DNA from: an uncultured virus (IMG/VR IMGVR_UViG_3300045738_001030)
Taxonomy: Duplodnaviria > Heunggongvirae > Uroviricota > Caudoviricetes
Length of the DNA stretch: 20,000 nucleotides
Reading direction: 5' to 3' (one strand)
IMG/VR virus record: IMGVR_UViG_3300045738_001030
Under the pieces are notes generated by a model that made no database searches, was not told the DNA's origin, and saw only the letters and a list, made by a program, of their open reading frames with translations. This document shows positions 1 through 8,167 of this stretch, in pieces. Positions within the stretch are counted from its first letter, which is position 1, and every line of letters starts with the position of its first letter. Made by a program: the position numbers and the translations under genes.

Positions 1-2
1 CG

Positions 3-725
3 TATGACAAATTTTTCAAAACCCTCTACTTGAACGATTACGTCGAATTTCAAATGCGGGCTACGCAGGAAAATCCTTTGGCTGCTGTTGGTATTTTATC
101 TCCGGTTGTCTCGGCTACGGGTGCGCAGTGGGTTACTGAACCAAAAAGCCCCCAAAGAGGTTACACGTGCATTGGTGGTCAGTACCCGAAGACACCTAAA
201 CCACAGGGGCAATATCTGGCTTTAGATGCTCCCGGCTGGTTTCAGCAGGTTCTAGAGAGCAGTAAGGGAGCTAGTGAAATAGCTAAGGGAGCTAATGAGA
301 TATCTAATCCCAATCAGAAGCAGAACAACCGCCCCACAAGTTACGAGGCATACAAAGCTCCGCTTACCGAGGCGATGAATAACATTGCGCATGTCTATTA
401 TGCGGCCAATGCTTTGCGAGGTCGTGTCGGTTCTTTCAGCAGCAAGTTACGTTTTGATATACCTCCCGGCGCTATGGTTACCTTAAAAAAGAGCCCCAAG
501 GCGGCGGGAGGTGCCACTAAAGACTTACCCTCTGACTTTCACGTGCAAATTACGCGGGTGTCCTATAACATTAATTCAGATACCCCTGTAGCGAGAACAG
601 AGTTTCAATGTGCAACTATTCGCACCCCAAGGGAACTTAAGGACAAAGATTATACGTTGAGTTCGCATCCTTTTGTTGATGGGACATGGAATGGTGATGA
701 ATTTGTAAAAGGATGGGGATTCTAA
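3..725 (+). CDS. 5'-truncated putative baseplate hub/tail protein (gp27/gpD-like C-terminus)
   Basis: Frame is open from position 3 (YDKFFKTLYLNDYV...), so TTG at 30 is probably not the true start. The C-terminal GRVGSFSSKLRFDIPPGAMVTL...VQITRVSYNI...TEF resembles the terminal beta-barrel of hub proteins, and the gene lies upstream of wedge genes. Confidence 0.5.
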   Translation, partial: YDKFFKTLYLNDYVEFQMRATQENPLAAVGILSPVVSATGAQWVTEPKSPQRGYTCIGGQYPKTPKPQGQYLALDAPGWFQQVLESSKGASEIAKGANEISNPNQKQNNRPTSYEAYKAPLTEAMNNIAHVYYAANALRGRVGSFSSKLRFDIPPGAMVTLKKSPKAAGGATKDLPSDFHVQITRVSYNINSDTPVARTEFQCATIRTPRELKDKDYTLSSHPFVDGTWNGDEFVKGWGF

Positions 726-1447
726 TGGATTACTTAGAGCCGGAATACCGGGAAGCTTATGAGGCGTGGGAGCAAGATCAAACTCCCACCGGAAATGCGG
801 CTATATTGGGGGCCATTGATCCAGTGGTACGAAAAGGCACTTCAATGTATGGCGGTGTAAGTCCTTTGACGCGCAGTCGTGGGCGGAAGTTGGCGCTAGA
901 GGGTTTGCGTACTTATGATCGAAGCCGATCTCGTCTTCAAAGTCACCTTATAAATCAGCTAAAGGGGCTTCAGCGTATTTCTAAGCAGCAACATGAGGTA
1001 GTACATGCCCCCGAAAGAGTCTTATTAGATCGTTTCAAGCTACAGAGATACGAGCAAGAATTAATGGACACATTAGGACGTGACGGGACAGACGCTGAGT
1101 TGGCAGACCAGTCTGGATTTTCGTTGAAACGTATAAAGCATATTCGAGGCTGGCAACCCGGAATGACAAGTAGCCAATTAGAGGACATTAGTCCTAATTT
1201 GGCGGGTGGTCAGTTTGTAGGGGGCGTTAGCAGTCAGGCAGCTTGGTTGGAAGTAGTTTATGACAGTTTGGCCCCCATGGATCAGAAGATCATGGAATTT
1301 TCGATGGGACTTCACGGACGAAAAGAACTATCCAATCAGGAAATTGCCAAAAAGTTAAAGCGTACTCCCGGTGCGATAAGTCAACGCAAGAAAAAGATAC
1401 AAGAGATTATCAGACAAGAAGAAGACCTTTCTCCCTTTATAGGATAA
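725..1447 (+). CDS. Sigma70-family sigma factor-like protein (group 3, FliA/SigB/SigF-like architecture), 240 aa
   Basis: Region 2-like ALEGLRTYDRSRS...QQHEVVHAP; region 3-like LMDTLGRDGTDAELADQSGFSLKRI; region 4-like LAPMDQKIMEFSMGLHGRKELSNQEIAKKLKRTPGAISQ. ATG at 725 overlaps the upstream stop (TAATG); the track's start at 713 is an alternative. Confidence 0.85.
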   Translation: MDYLEPEYREAYEAWEQDQTPTGNAAILGAIDPVVRKGTSMYGGVSPLTRSRGRKLALEGLRTYDRSRSRLQSHLINQLKGLQRISKQQHEVVHAPERVLLDRFKLQRYEQELMDTLGRDGTDAELADQSGFSLKRIKHIRGWQPGMTSSQLEDISPNLAGGQFVGGVSSQAAWLEVVYDSLAPMDQKIMEFSMGLHGRKELSNQEIAKKLKRTPGAISQRKKKIQEIIRQEEDLSPFIG

Positions 1448-1452
1448 GTATC

Positions 1453-1911
1453 ATGGGTATTATAATCAAAGTAGATGCGCTGCTTGAAGAATTGATGAAG
1501 GACTTTAAGAAGCAAGCTAAAGAGGATGGCAAAGAACGCAAAAAGAACGAGCAAGTTCAATGGATAATGCCCCCGAAGCACAAGAGCTGGCAGGGGGATT
1601 TGTACGATTGGCCGTCTATGTACGATGCTTATGAGTCTGAAGAACTTAATGATCTTATGAAGTTCTCGATTGAATTGTCAGGGGAGTCATCCAATGGTAA
1701 TGATGGTGATGTGCTTCTGGGGCAATCTCAGATGGAATACAAGTCAATGCTAGAACGTGCTTTTCGTGCGAGGCATACGATGACATTTCCAAGAAACGTT
1801 GCCCATACCTGTGCCCGCAAGAAGGGGCAAGGAAAAGATGAAGGGCCTCTTGAGTATGGAGTGATAGATTACATGAGGCAGCTGGATAAAGTCGCTAAGA
1901 GGATAGTTTAA
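1453..1911 (+). CDS. Hypothetical protein, 152 aa, charged
   Basis: Fills the gap between the sigma and gp25-like genes exactly, with a TAATG overlap into the next gene. No motif recognised. Confidence 0.8.
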   Translation: MGIIIKVDALLEELMKDFKKQAKEDGKERKKNEQVQWIMPPKHKSWQGDLYDWPSMYDAYESEELNDLMKFSIELSGESSNGNDGDVLLGQSQMEYKSMLERAFRARHTMTFPRNVAHTCARKKGQGKDEGPLEYGVIDYMRQLDKVAKRIV

Positions 1912-2384
1912 TGAGCACTCTTGCAGATTATAAAGACCGGACTGTAGATGTGGCTGCTTTCACGGGGTGGGAGCTGGGGGCTGAACGACAAGTAACGCAA
2001 GCTCTTGCGCTTCCCGGTTATAGCGGTTCAATCATAGCCGGTATCGAAAAATTAGTTCAAAGATTCACTATTGAGCTTTTCACCGAACTTGGAAGTCTTC
2101 TCTATCTTCCTGCGCGTGGCTGTTCTTTTATGATAGATGCCCGAAGTGGTATATGGCGTACGGTGGGAGACGTAGAAGAATCTTTTTCTTCAGCTCTTCT
2201 CACGGTTGCGACGAACTTGGGACTTGAAGAAACAGATGATGATCCTGATGACGAAGTTTTTTCTTCGGCTGAGGTGGTGGCAGTATCTTTGTTAGGAGAT
2301 TCTGTGACGTTACGTTTAAAGATCATAAGCGCGGCTGACACATCTTTTACGGTTCTGTTACCTTTAACCGTAACTCCGTATTGA
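1911..2384 (+). CDS. Baseplate wedge/sheath initiator, gp25/gpW-like
   Basis: IAGIEKLVQRFTIELFTELGSLLYLPARGC matches the gp25-type helix plus T-x-x-G-x4-P-x-x-G pattern; three C-terminal beta-strands; size 157 aa; directly upstream of baseplate J. Confidence 0.7.
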   Translation: MSTLADYKDRTVDVAAFTGWELGAERQVTQALALPGYSGSIIAGIEKLVQRFTIELFTELGSLLYLPARGCSFMIDARSGIWRTVGDVEESFSSALLTVATNLGLEETDDDPDDEVFSSAEVVAVSLLGDSVTLRLKIISAADTSFTVLLPLTVTPY

Positions 2385-2395
2385 GGTACTTATAA

Positions 2396-4048
2396 ATGGT
2401 TTATGAAATTACAAATCTTAATGACCTAGACGCTACAGACGTTACCGCTCTGCTTACTAAAATCACGGAAGAACTACAGGAAAAAAATCCCACTTTAGAT
2501 TTAAAGCGAGGAGTGCTCCACGATAGTGTGGTCTATTATCACGCTGTGCTAGAAACTGCTATTCGAGAAAATTTAGATCGTTACTTGTCGGCACGTAGTT
2601 TGAAGCAAATTGAAGTAGACCCCACAATCGCCGATACGACTACGGTTGACGACATATTGAGTAACTGGGGAGTTTCGAGACGTGACGGAACGCAAGCACA
2701 GGGCGAAGTGACCATTATTGTCAGTACTTCTTCCAGCGTTTCTTTTGCGTCAGACGCCGTGTTTGAGGCGAATGGACTCTCTTTTACCTCCGATCTTGCT
2801 TATTCGTCTACGTCTAATTCGGCGGCAGTAGCTACACCTAATGATCGTCTTATGACGCAGCTTAGCGATGGTAATTGGTCATTTACTATTTTTGTGACAG
2901 CAGTTGAAACTGGGGCCGATGGGAAACTAACTGCTAACACCTCGATTATTCCTGAAACTCCTATTTCGAACTACGTTTCCAGTTATGTAACTGCTGACTT
3001 TGCAGGGGGGACGGAGACTGAAACAAATAGTGAGTTGCTTAACGTGTTGCAAGATGGGCTTGCTGCAAAAGCGCTTTCTAACCGCGTTAATATGCGTTCG
3101 TTCCTTCGTTCTTTATCGCAATTTCCGGCTGTCACTAATCAATCAATAGTGGGTTATGGTGACGCAGAGATGTTGCGAGACAAGCATTCTCTTTTTCCTG
3201 TAAGTTACGGGGGCCGGGTTGACTGGTATATCCGGGGACAAGAGGGGCTTCAAATAGTCACGTTAACTAAATCAGCGACATTGATCAGCGTGAACACAGA
3301 GGGAGAAGGGACGTGGCAGTTCACGTTAGTAAAAGTAGATGCTCCCGGGTTTTATGAAGTTTCTCGTATCTCTCTTCCCTCGTCAGATCCCGAGGAAACA
3401 GGAACTTTTAGTGTTACTAGCGATGTTCGGGGGTTGGACTTGACGGGAAGTGGATTCATACCCGACATTAAGACGCAGGTGGAAGGTGCGTTTACGGCAT
3501 ATCAGACAGCGACGATTCAGTTTGTAGACACTGTCACAGATGCCTCTTCACTTTCGGCTGGGGACAAAAAAGATTACACAGTCAATGTGTCAAATACACC
3601 TTCTATTGGAGAACTCCAAGATTATGTGGGTGGTCGAGACGTTCGAAGTTACGGTGCCGACGCTTTAATAAAGGCACCAGTTCCTTGTTTTGTTCAAGTT
3701 TCATGCGTAATTAATAAAACTGGTGCGGACGCGGACCCAGATTTAGCGGGTATTAAGAATTCAATTATATCCTTAATTAACAATACTGGATTTATTGGTC
3801 GTTTGGACGGTTCTAGGATACTTGATGTAATCCATGGATACATTCAAAACGATGTTAGCATCACAGATCTAGATATTCTGGGTCGAATTTTAACGCCGGG
3901 CGGTACAACTACATGGTTGCATGATTCTTCTTCTATTGTTGTGGTAGATGACTCTTCTGGTATGGTAACAGCTAAAACGGTTCAATTTTTTGCCAGTGTT
4001 TCCGATATTTCTGTAGATGTGCAGACAACGATTCCAACGTTCACTTAG
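2396..4048 (+). CDS. Baseplate J-like wedge protein (P2 gpJ/Mu gp47/T4 gp6 family)
   Basis: Family motifs VDDILSNWGVSRRDGTQAQGEVTI, VTAVETGADG and FAGGTETETNSELL; GAGGT upstream at 2383-2387. Confidence 0.9.
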   Translation: MVYEITNLNDLDATDVTALLTKITEELQEKNPTLDLKRGVLHDSVVYYHAVLETAIRENLDRYLSARSLKQIEVDPTIADTTTVDDILSNWGVSRRDGTQAQGEVTIIVSTSSSVSFASDAVFEANGLSFTSDLAYSSTSNSAAVATPNDRLMTQLSDGNWSFTIFVTAVETGADGKLTANTSIIPETPISNYVSSYVTADFAGGTETETNSELLNVLQDGLAAKALSNRVNMRSFLRSLSQFPAVTNQSIVGYGDAEMLRDKHSLFPVSYGGRVDWYIRGQEGLQIVTLTKSATLISVNTEGEGTWQFTLVKVDAPGFYEVSRISLPSSDPEETGTFSVTSDVRGLDLTGSGFIPDIKTQVEGAFTAYQTATIQFVDTVTDASSLSAGDKKDYTVNVSNTPSIGELQDYVGGRDVRSYGADALIKAPVPCFVQVSCVINKTGADADPDLAGIKNSIISLINNTGFIGRLDGSRILDVIHGYIQNDVSITDLDILGRILTPGGTTTWLHDSSSIVVVDDSSGMVTAKTVQFFASVSDISVDVQTTIPTFT

Positions 4049-4070
4049 TATTAATTCAGGAACGGTAAAA

Positions 4071-4277
4071 ATGGACAATACACGATTCAAGCTTACAAAA
4101 ACCGATTTAACCAAAGTAGGTAAGGGGGTTCTAGTTGCTATAGCTGGGGCTGCTTTGACCTATTTAACTGAGTGGGCTGCTAACACGGATTTCGGGTCTT
4201 ATACGCCTGTTATTGTGGCTGGACTTTCAATTTTAGCCAACATAGTCCGAAAGTGGTCTACTCCTAGCTCAGAGTGA
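4071..4277 (+). CDS. Holin-like small membrane protein, 68 aa, two TM helices
   Basis: Likely ATG at 4071, which avoids overlap with baseplate J. Hydrophobic segments GVLVAIAGAALTYL and YTPVIVAGLSILANIV, basic N-terminus and RKW after TM2. Confidence 0.6.
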   Translation: MDNTRFKLTKTDLTKVGKGVLVAIAGAALTYLTEWAANTDFGSYTPVIVAGLSILANIVRKWSTPSSE

Positions 4278-4278
4278 G

Positions 4279-4286
4279 AGGAGGAG
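4279..4286 (+). promoter_or_regulatory. Shine-Dalgarno sequence (AGGAGGAG)
   Basis: Lies just upstream of ATG 4289 and supports that start over GTG 4274. Confidence 0.65.
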
Positions 4287-4288
4287 TG

Positions 4289-4747
4289 ATGAGACGAAAA
4301 GAACTATTTATCCTGCTGATCGGGATGCTGCTGCTGATCGGATGCAGGAAGTCATCGGACCCTGTGTATGCAACAAAGGCAGGCGCGGAGAACAATGAAT
4401 ATATACCATCAGCTGAACTGCAAACTCTTGTAAGTCCATTACGGGATTTGGGTATGAGTGCGAAAGATGCCGCTAAAATGGCTAAGTTTTTTGAAGATTT
4501 TGCCGATGTCCTTAGTCGGGATGATTCGATTCTAAAGACGACGGAGGATATTCGAGAAGGGTATATTCGCGCAGAAACGTTGATGTTGCAAAAAACAGAA
4601 CTGGTAGGGAAGTACCCGGGATTTGGTAAGGCTAAAGACGATATTCTAGCCGAGACTCTTGGACTTAATCGTGTTCTTTTGACCTCTGAAAAACGTTCTA
4701 AAGCTGTCGATGCGTTTAAGGCGATGGCTTGGGCATTGGGAGGTTAA
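4289..4747 (+). CDS. Predicted lipoprotein, 152 aa, helical
   Basis: Signal peptide II: MRRK, hydrophobic LFILLIGMLLL, lipobox LIG-C19. Confidence 0.8.
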   Translation: MRRKELFILLIGMLLLIGCRKSSDPVYATKAGAENNEYIPSAELQTLVSPLRDLGMSAKDAAKMAKFFEDFADVLSRDDSILKTTEDIREGYIRAETLMLQKTELVGKYPGFGKAKDDILAETLGLNRVLLTSEKRSKAVDAFKAMAWALGG

Positions 4748-4749
4748 CG

Positions 4750-5691
4750 ATGCCCGCAAATTTTCCAGACAATCCTACCCCCGCAGAATTGCGCAGAGCA
4801 TACGCGGGGGGATTTGAAGGTGCTAAATGCGATCCCGAGGGTCTTGCAAATCTCTTGGGAGACTTACTGCACCCGCTTTTTGGTGCTTCAGCTTATTCGC
4901 TAGAGGGCGACGGCAAAGGCAAAGTTTCCTTGCCGTTCAAGTCATTATTGAAGTTTGACTCGGGTTTTGGCCCTTCAGAGAGCCAAACCACCGGAGACTG
5001 CGTCAGTCATGCCACTAGGAACGCTGTAGACGTCACCAGAGCCGTTGAGATCGACATTAAAGGGGAAGAGGAGGGTTTCCTGCACCGTGGCGCTACAGAG
5101 GCCATATACGGCTCTAGGGGGCATGGTGGGCAAGGAATGGCATGTTCAGAGGCTGCCCGTTTTGTTAGTCAGGAGGGAGGAATTCTCCTTCGTAAAGACT
5201 ATGGATATGTCGACTTTTCTGTGTATGACAGTTCACTCGGTGCAAAGTGGGGACGCAGGGGAGTTCCTGACTCTATCGAGAAGGAAGGACGTCGACATCA
5301 AGTGAACACTGTTTCCTTGGTGGTATCTGTGGCAGAAGCCCGGGATGCCTTAGCAAATGGCTATGCATTGTCGGTGTGCAGCAGTGTGGGGTTCTCATCG
5401 CGACGAAATGACAATGGCTATGCGAATCGTAAGGGCTCTTGGAATCATGCGATGGCATGGGTTGGTTGTAACGACACTAAGAAAAACGGGGGTCCCGGCT
5501 TCTTAGTACAGAACAGTTGGGGAAGATGGAATGGGGGAGGTAAGAAGTTCGATCAACCTGACGGTAGCTTCTGGATTAACTACAATACGGCTGCGAGACT
5601 GATTGATGCACGCGGTTCGTGGGTTTTTTCAGATGTTGACGGTTTCCCGCCGCGAAAATTACCTGATTACGGAAAATCATTATGGGGGTAG
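4750..5691 (+). CDS. Papain-like (clan CA, C1-type) cysteine peptidase, 313 aa
   Basis: Catalytic motifs in the correct order: QTTGDCVSHA (Q79, C84), WNHAM (H233), FLVQNSWG (N255), then GSFWI. GGAGGT at 4739-4744 supports ATG 4750. No signal peptide evident. Confidence 0.88.
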   Translation: MPANFPDNPTPAELRRAYAGGFEGAKCDPEGLANLLGDLLHPLFGASAYSLEGDGKGKVSLPFKSLLKFDSGFGPSESQTTGDCVSHATRNAVDVTRAVEIDIKGEEEGFLHRGATEAIYGSRGHGGQGMACSEAARFVSQEGGILLRKDYGYVDFSVYDSSLGAKWGRRGVPDSIEKEGRRHQVNTVSLVVSVAEARDALANGYALSVCSSVGFSSRRNDNGYANRKGSWNHAMAWVGCNDTKKNGGPGFLVQNSWGRWNGGGKKFDQPDGSFWINYNTAARLIDARGSWVFSDVDGFPPRKLPDYGKSLWG

Positions 5692-5695
5692 TACA

Positions 5696-5983
5696 ATGGA
5701 TGTACGAACCGGAAGACTTGTTTTAAGTGTTGTTTTCTTGATCGGTGGGTGCGGTCAGTTTCTTCCTTCCGCATATGTTGATACGACGGATTGGACTCCC
5801 ACCATCTCTGTTTCTCTAGCTATGGCGACGTTGAACGTCCCGGCTCCTGACGATACTACGCCAGCACCAGATCCGGACCCGGCTAAATGTCCGTGCAAAG
5901 GTACTGGCATCATTACGCATGGAGACGGTCATACAACGCCATGTCCATACCACGGCGAAGACAACAAACCAGATGAAGGATAA
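5696..5983 (+). CDS. Small Pro-rich predicted lipoprotein with C-terminal Cys/His motif, 95 aa
   Basis: ATG 5696 follows the peptidase stop. MDVRTGRLVLSVVFLIGG-C19 is lipobox-like; linker PAPDDTTPAPDPDPAK; tail CPCKGTGIITHGDGHTTPCPYH. Confidence 0.7.
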   Translation: MDVRTGRLVLSVVFLIGGCGQFLPSAYVDTTDWTPTISVSLAMATLNVPAPDDTTPAPDPDPAKCPCKGTGIITHGDGHTTPCPYHGEDNKPDEG

Positions 5984-5984
5984 T

Positions 5985-7541
5985 ATGGTTAAGTATGTTT
6001 ATCCAACAAATGATCTAGATCGTGCTGACAGGTTATTGGACTTGTTAGGTAGCTACTGGTCTACCACGTATCTAGGCATGGATTTAGTACAAGATATTTT
6101 GAGGGCTAAAGCGCATTTGACTGCTCAAACTTGGCTCAACTTTATGGAGCTTATTGCGGCAGTATCCAGATTTAATGTTCCCGTATACCACCAAGAAAAT
6201 TGGTACGCGCTTACCCTAAAAGAATCCGAATTAAATAACTTTGATGTGCTTATATCCGATTACAAAACTGGTACATCTCGCACATATGACGTATCGGAAG
6301 GTTTAGAGTATGGGAAAATAGCTGCGGTAGACGGGTATTTTTCAGTGCCGTTACCCGCATCGGTCATAAAAGTTAATACTATTTTGAACCGTATTGTTTC
6401 CCCGTCGTTGACGCTGTCATCCGGAGTAGATTATTGGATTGAAGAGTCTGGCGTCCTGACTTTCAGAGAGAATCCGTTTAATAACGATGCTATTACAGTT
6501 CGAGACATTGTTAAGGATAGTGTTGTTGTTGATCGAGAGTGCATTTTATGGCTTTACCACGGCCAGTGGGATTGGGATACCGTTTATAAGCAGTTCGGAT
6601 ACGCGTTAAATCTGCGTATGAAATCCAGCAGCGGCTACCGTGACATTATTAATGCGGTATTGGATGCTTTTGCTGGTGGTACCACCATAAGAGACATTCA
6701 GTTTGCGTGGTCTGCGATTACCGGCGTATCGCTCGTCGTTGAACAAGAGGAGACCGTAGAGCTTGTTCAAAAAGATGTGCGATCATTAGTCGTCGTGACG
6801 GATAAAAATGCATACAATTTCAATCCGCTTTCCGGGGCGATTGTCGTTGAGGGCGAAAAGGTTTACGCAGGAAACGAGTTAGTTGACGCAGTTCAAATTT
6901 TCGAATTTAACCGTGGGGAAGTGCCTGCGGACTTAGCGGGGCTTGTATTGGGCCCCGGATTTTTGTCCTTGGGATTCTTTGGGGACCTTTCATTCGAGAA
7001 TAAAGACGTGGCTATCGTTGTTGAAGAGGACGTGGACGATTACACGAAGGTTTCGTGGGATCTTGGCGGTTTTCCCGGTGACGTCGTTAAATTCTGGGAA
7101 GATACGCACGCTTCGGGGGTGGCAGCGGGTAAAACGCTTGCCATGTATTTGGATATTCGATCCGACCCTGTCGGACAACCGGTGGCTGCCAATCTTCCGA
7201 CTACAATTAATCCTTTAGAGTTTCTTTGCGAGAATTTTTTACGGTATAATACGTTTTTGGTCCGAATTAAGTCGAATCAGCTGGGAGTTGACAAATTACC
7301 GTCAATACCCGCAGATTCACTTCGAAAAATTATCCCGCCCCAAACGGCAATGATTGTCTTAGTCGAATTGGTTCACACTGACAATCCTGTTATTATGGAC
7401 GGAGCTGGAAGTACTTCTGACGCAGGATATGAGGAAGAATTAAGCGGGTTTCCGTGTATGCCAACGGACGAAAGCATGCTTGGAACCACTTACATCACTG
7501 AAGAAATTCGTCTAGTTCAGATTGCTGGGCGCTGCCAATAG
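5985..7541 (+). CDS. Baseplate wedge subunit 2 (gpI/gp7/XkdU-like, extended), 518 aa
   Basis: Likely ATG 5985, 1 nt after the upstream TAA. FGYALNL...GYRDIINAVLDAFAGGTTIRDIQ...ITG and LRKIIPPQT resemble the 'YR..I...GT' and 'IKPAHT' motifs of gpI-like proteins. Confidence 0.6.
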   Translation: MVKYVYPTNDLDRADRLLDLLGSYWSTTYLGMDLVQDILRAKAHLTAQTWLNFMELIAAVSRFNVPVYHQENWYALTLKESELNNFDVLISDYKTGTSRTYDVSEGLEYGKIAAVDGYFSVPLPASVIKVNTILNRIVSPSLTLSSGVDYWIEESGVLTFRENPFNNDAITVRDIVKDSVVVDRECILWLYHGQWDWDTVYKQFGYALNLRMKSSSGYRDIINAVLDAFAGGTTIRDIQFAWSAITGVSLVVEQEETVELVQKDVRSLVVVTDKNAYNFNPLSGAIVVEGEKVYAGNELVDAVQIFEFNRGEVPADLAGLVLGPGFLSLGFFGDLSFENKDVAIVVEEDVDDYTKVSWDLGGFPGDVVKFWEDTHASGVAAGKTLAMYLDIRSDPVGQPVAANLPTTINPLEFLCENFLRYNTFLVRIKSNQLGVDKLPSIPADSLRKIIPPQTAMIVLVELVHTDNPVIMDGAGSTSDAGYEEELSGFPCMPTDESMLGTTYITEEIRLVQIAGRCQ

Positions 7542-7550
7542 GATTATAGA

Positions 7551-8156
7551 ATGTCTTTAATTGACCCAAACCAAGATAAGCGAGAAATTATCCCGCCTCC
7601 TGTGGGTCGCGTACGTGCCTACAGTATCCCTGCTCCCTACACAGATTCGCCATGGGAACTTATGACAGACTGGTCTACGAACCTCGTTGTGTACGAGTGG
7701 GCGAGTATTGTCGGCAATCTCCTGAATGGCACGGGATTGAACTATCGAATTGGGGGTATGTACCTCGAATTTGATAACGACGGGAGTCCAGTTACTCCCC
7801 CTTCGTTTGATAGAACTCGCAATGTCGGTTATTACAACGACTTGACGGGTAATCGAGACTATTTGCGTGTGGGTTTAACTTCCGCGCTACTTACATCTTC
7901 GGATGCAACGCTCTTTCCGGGCGGCAATAAATGTACTTTCTTTTCTCGTAGTCAAGGAACCCAAGGCGTGCATTCAACAGCGTTCAGTAATGCTGCCGGT
8001 TCCATCATTTTCGGGGCCTCATTAGTTGCCTATGTCGATGATACTGATTCGACACAGGATTTGATTCTTAGCAGCATGTATTTTGATTCTGGTGATCAAC
8101 AGGAAAAGCTGTCTACGAGTCAAATCGGACTAGAGTGGGAGCTTACACTGCAATAG
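7551..8156 (+). CDS. Putative baseplate peripheral/tail-fibre attachment protein, 201 aa
   Basis: NLVV...IVGNLLNG...IGGMYL near the N-terminus and KLSTSQIGLEWELTL at the C-terminus resemble small beta-sandwich tail-collar proteins; lies between wedge and fibre genes. Confidence 0.5.
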   Translation: MSLIDPNQDKREIIPPPVGRVRAYSIPAPYTDSPWELMTDWSTNLVVYEWASIVGNLLNGTGLNYRIGGMYLEFDNDGSPVTPPSFDRTRNVGYYNDLTGNRDYLRVGLTSALLTSSDATLFPGGNKCTFFSRSQGTQGVHSTAFSNAAGSIIFGASLVAYVDDTDSTQDLILSSMYFDSGDQQEKLSTSQIGLEWELTLQ

Positions 8157-8167
8157 GGAACTCACGG

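Noticed and set aside
4313..4345. Short direct repeat CTGCTGATCGG in the first lipoprotein gene
   Set aside because: Encodes LLIG twice within the signal peptide; no sign of a phase-variable tract.
7539..7553. TAG of the wedge gene is in frame with the next ATG (TAG GAT TAT AGA ATG), suggesting readthrough fusion
   Set aside because: In-frame adjacency occurs one time in three by chance, the downstream gene has its own AGGA and ATG, and no readthrough signal is evident.
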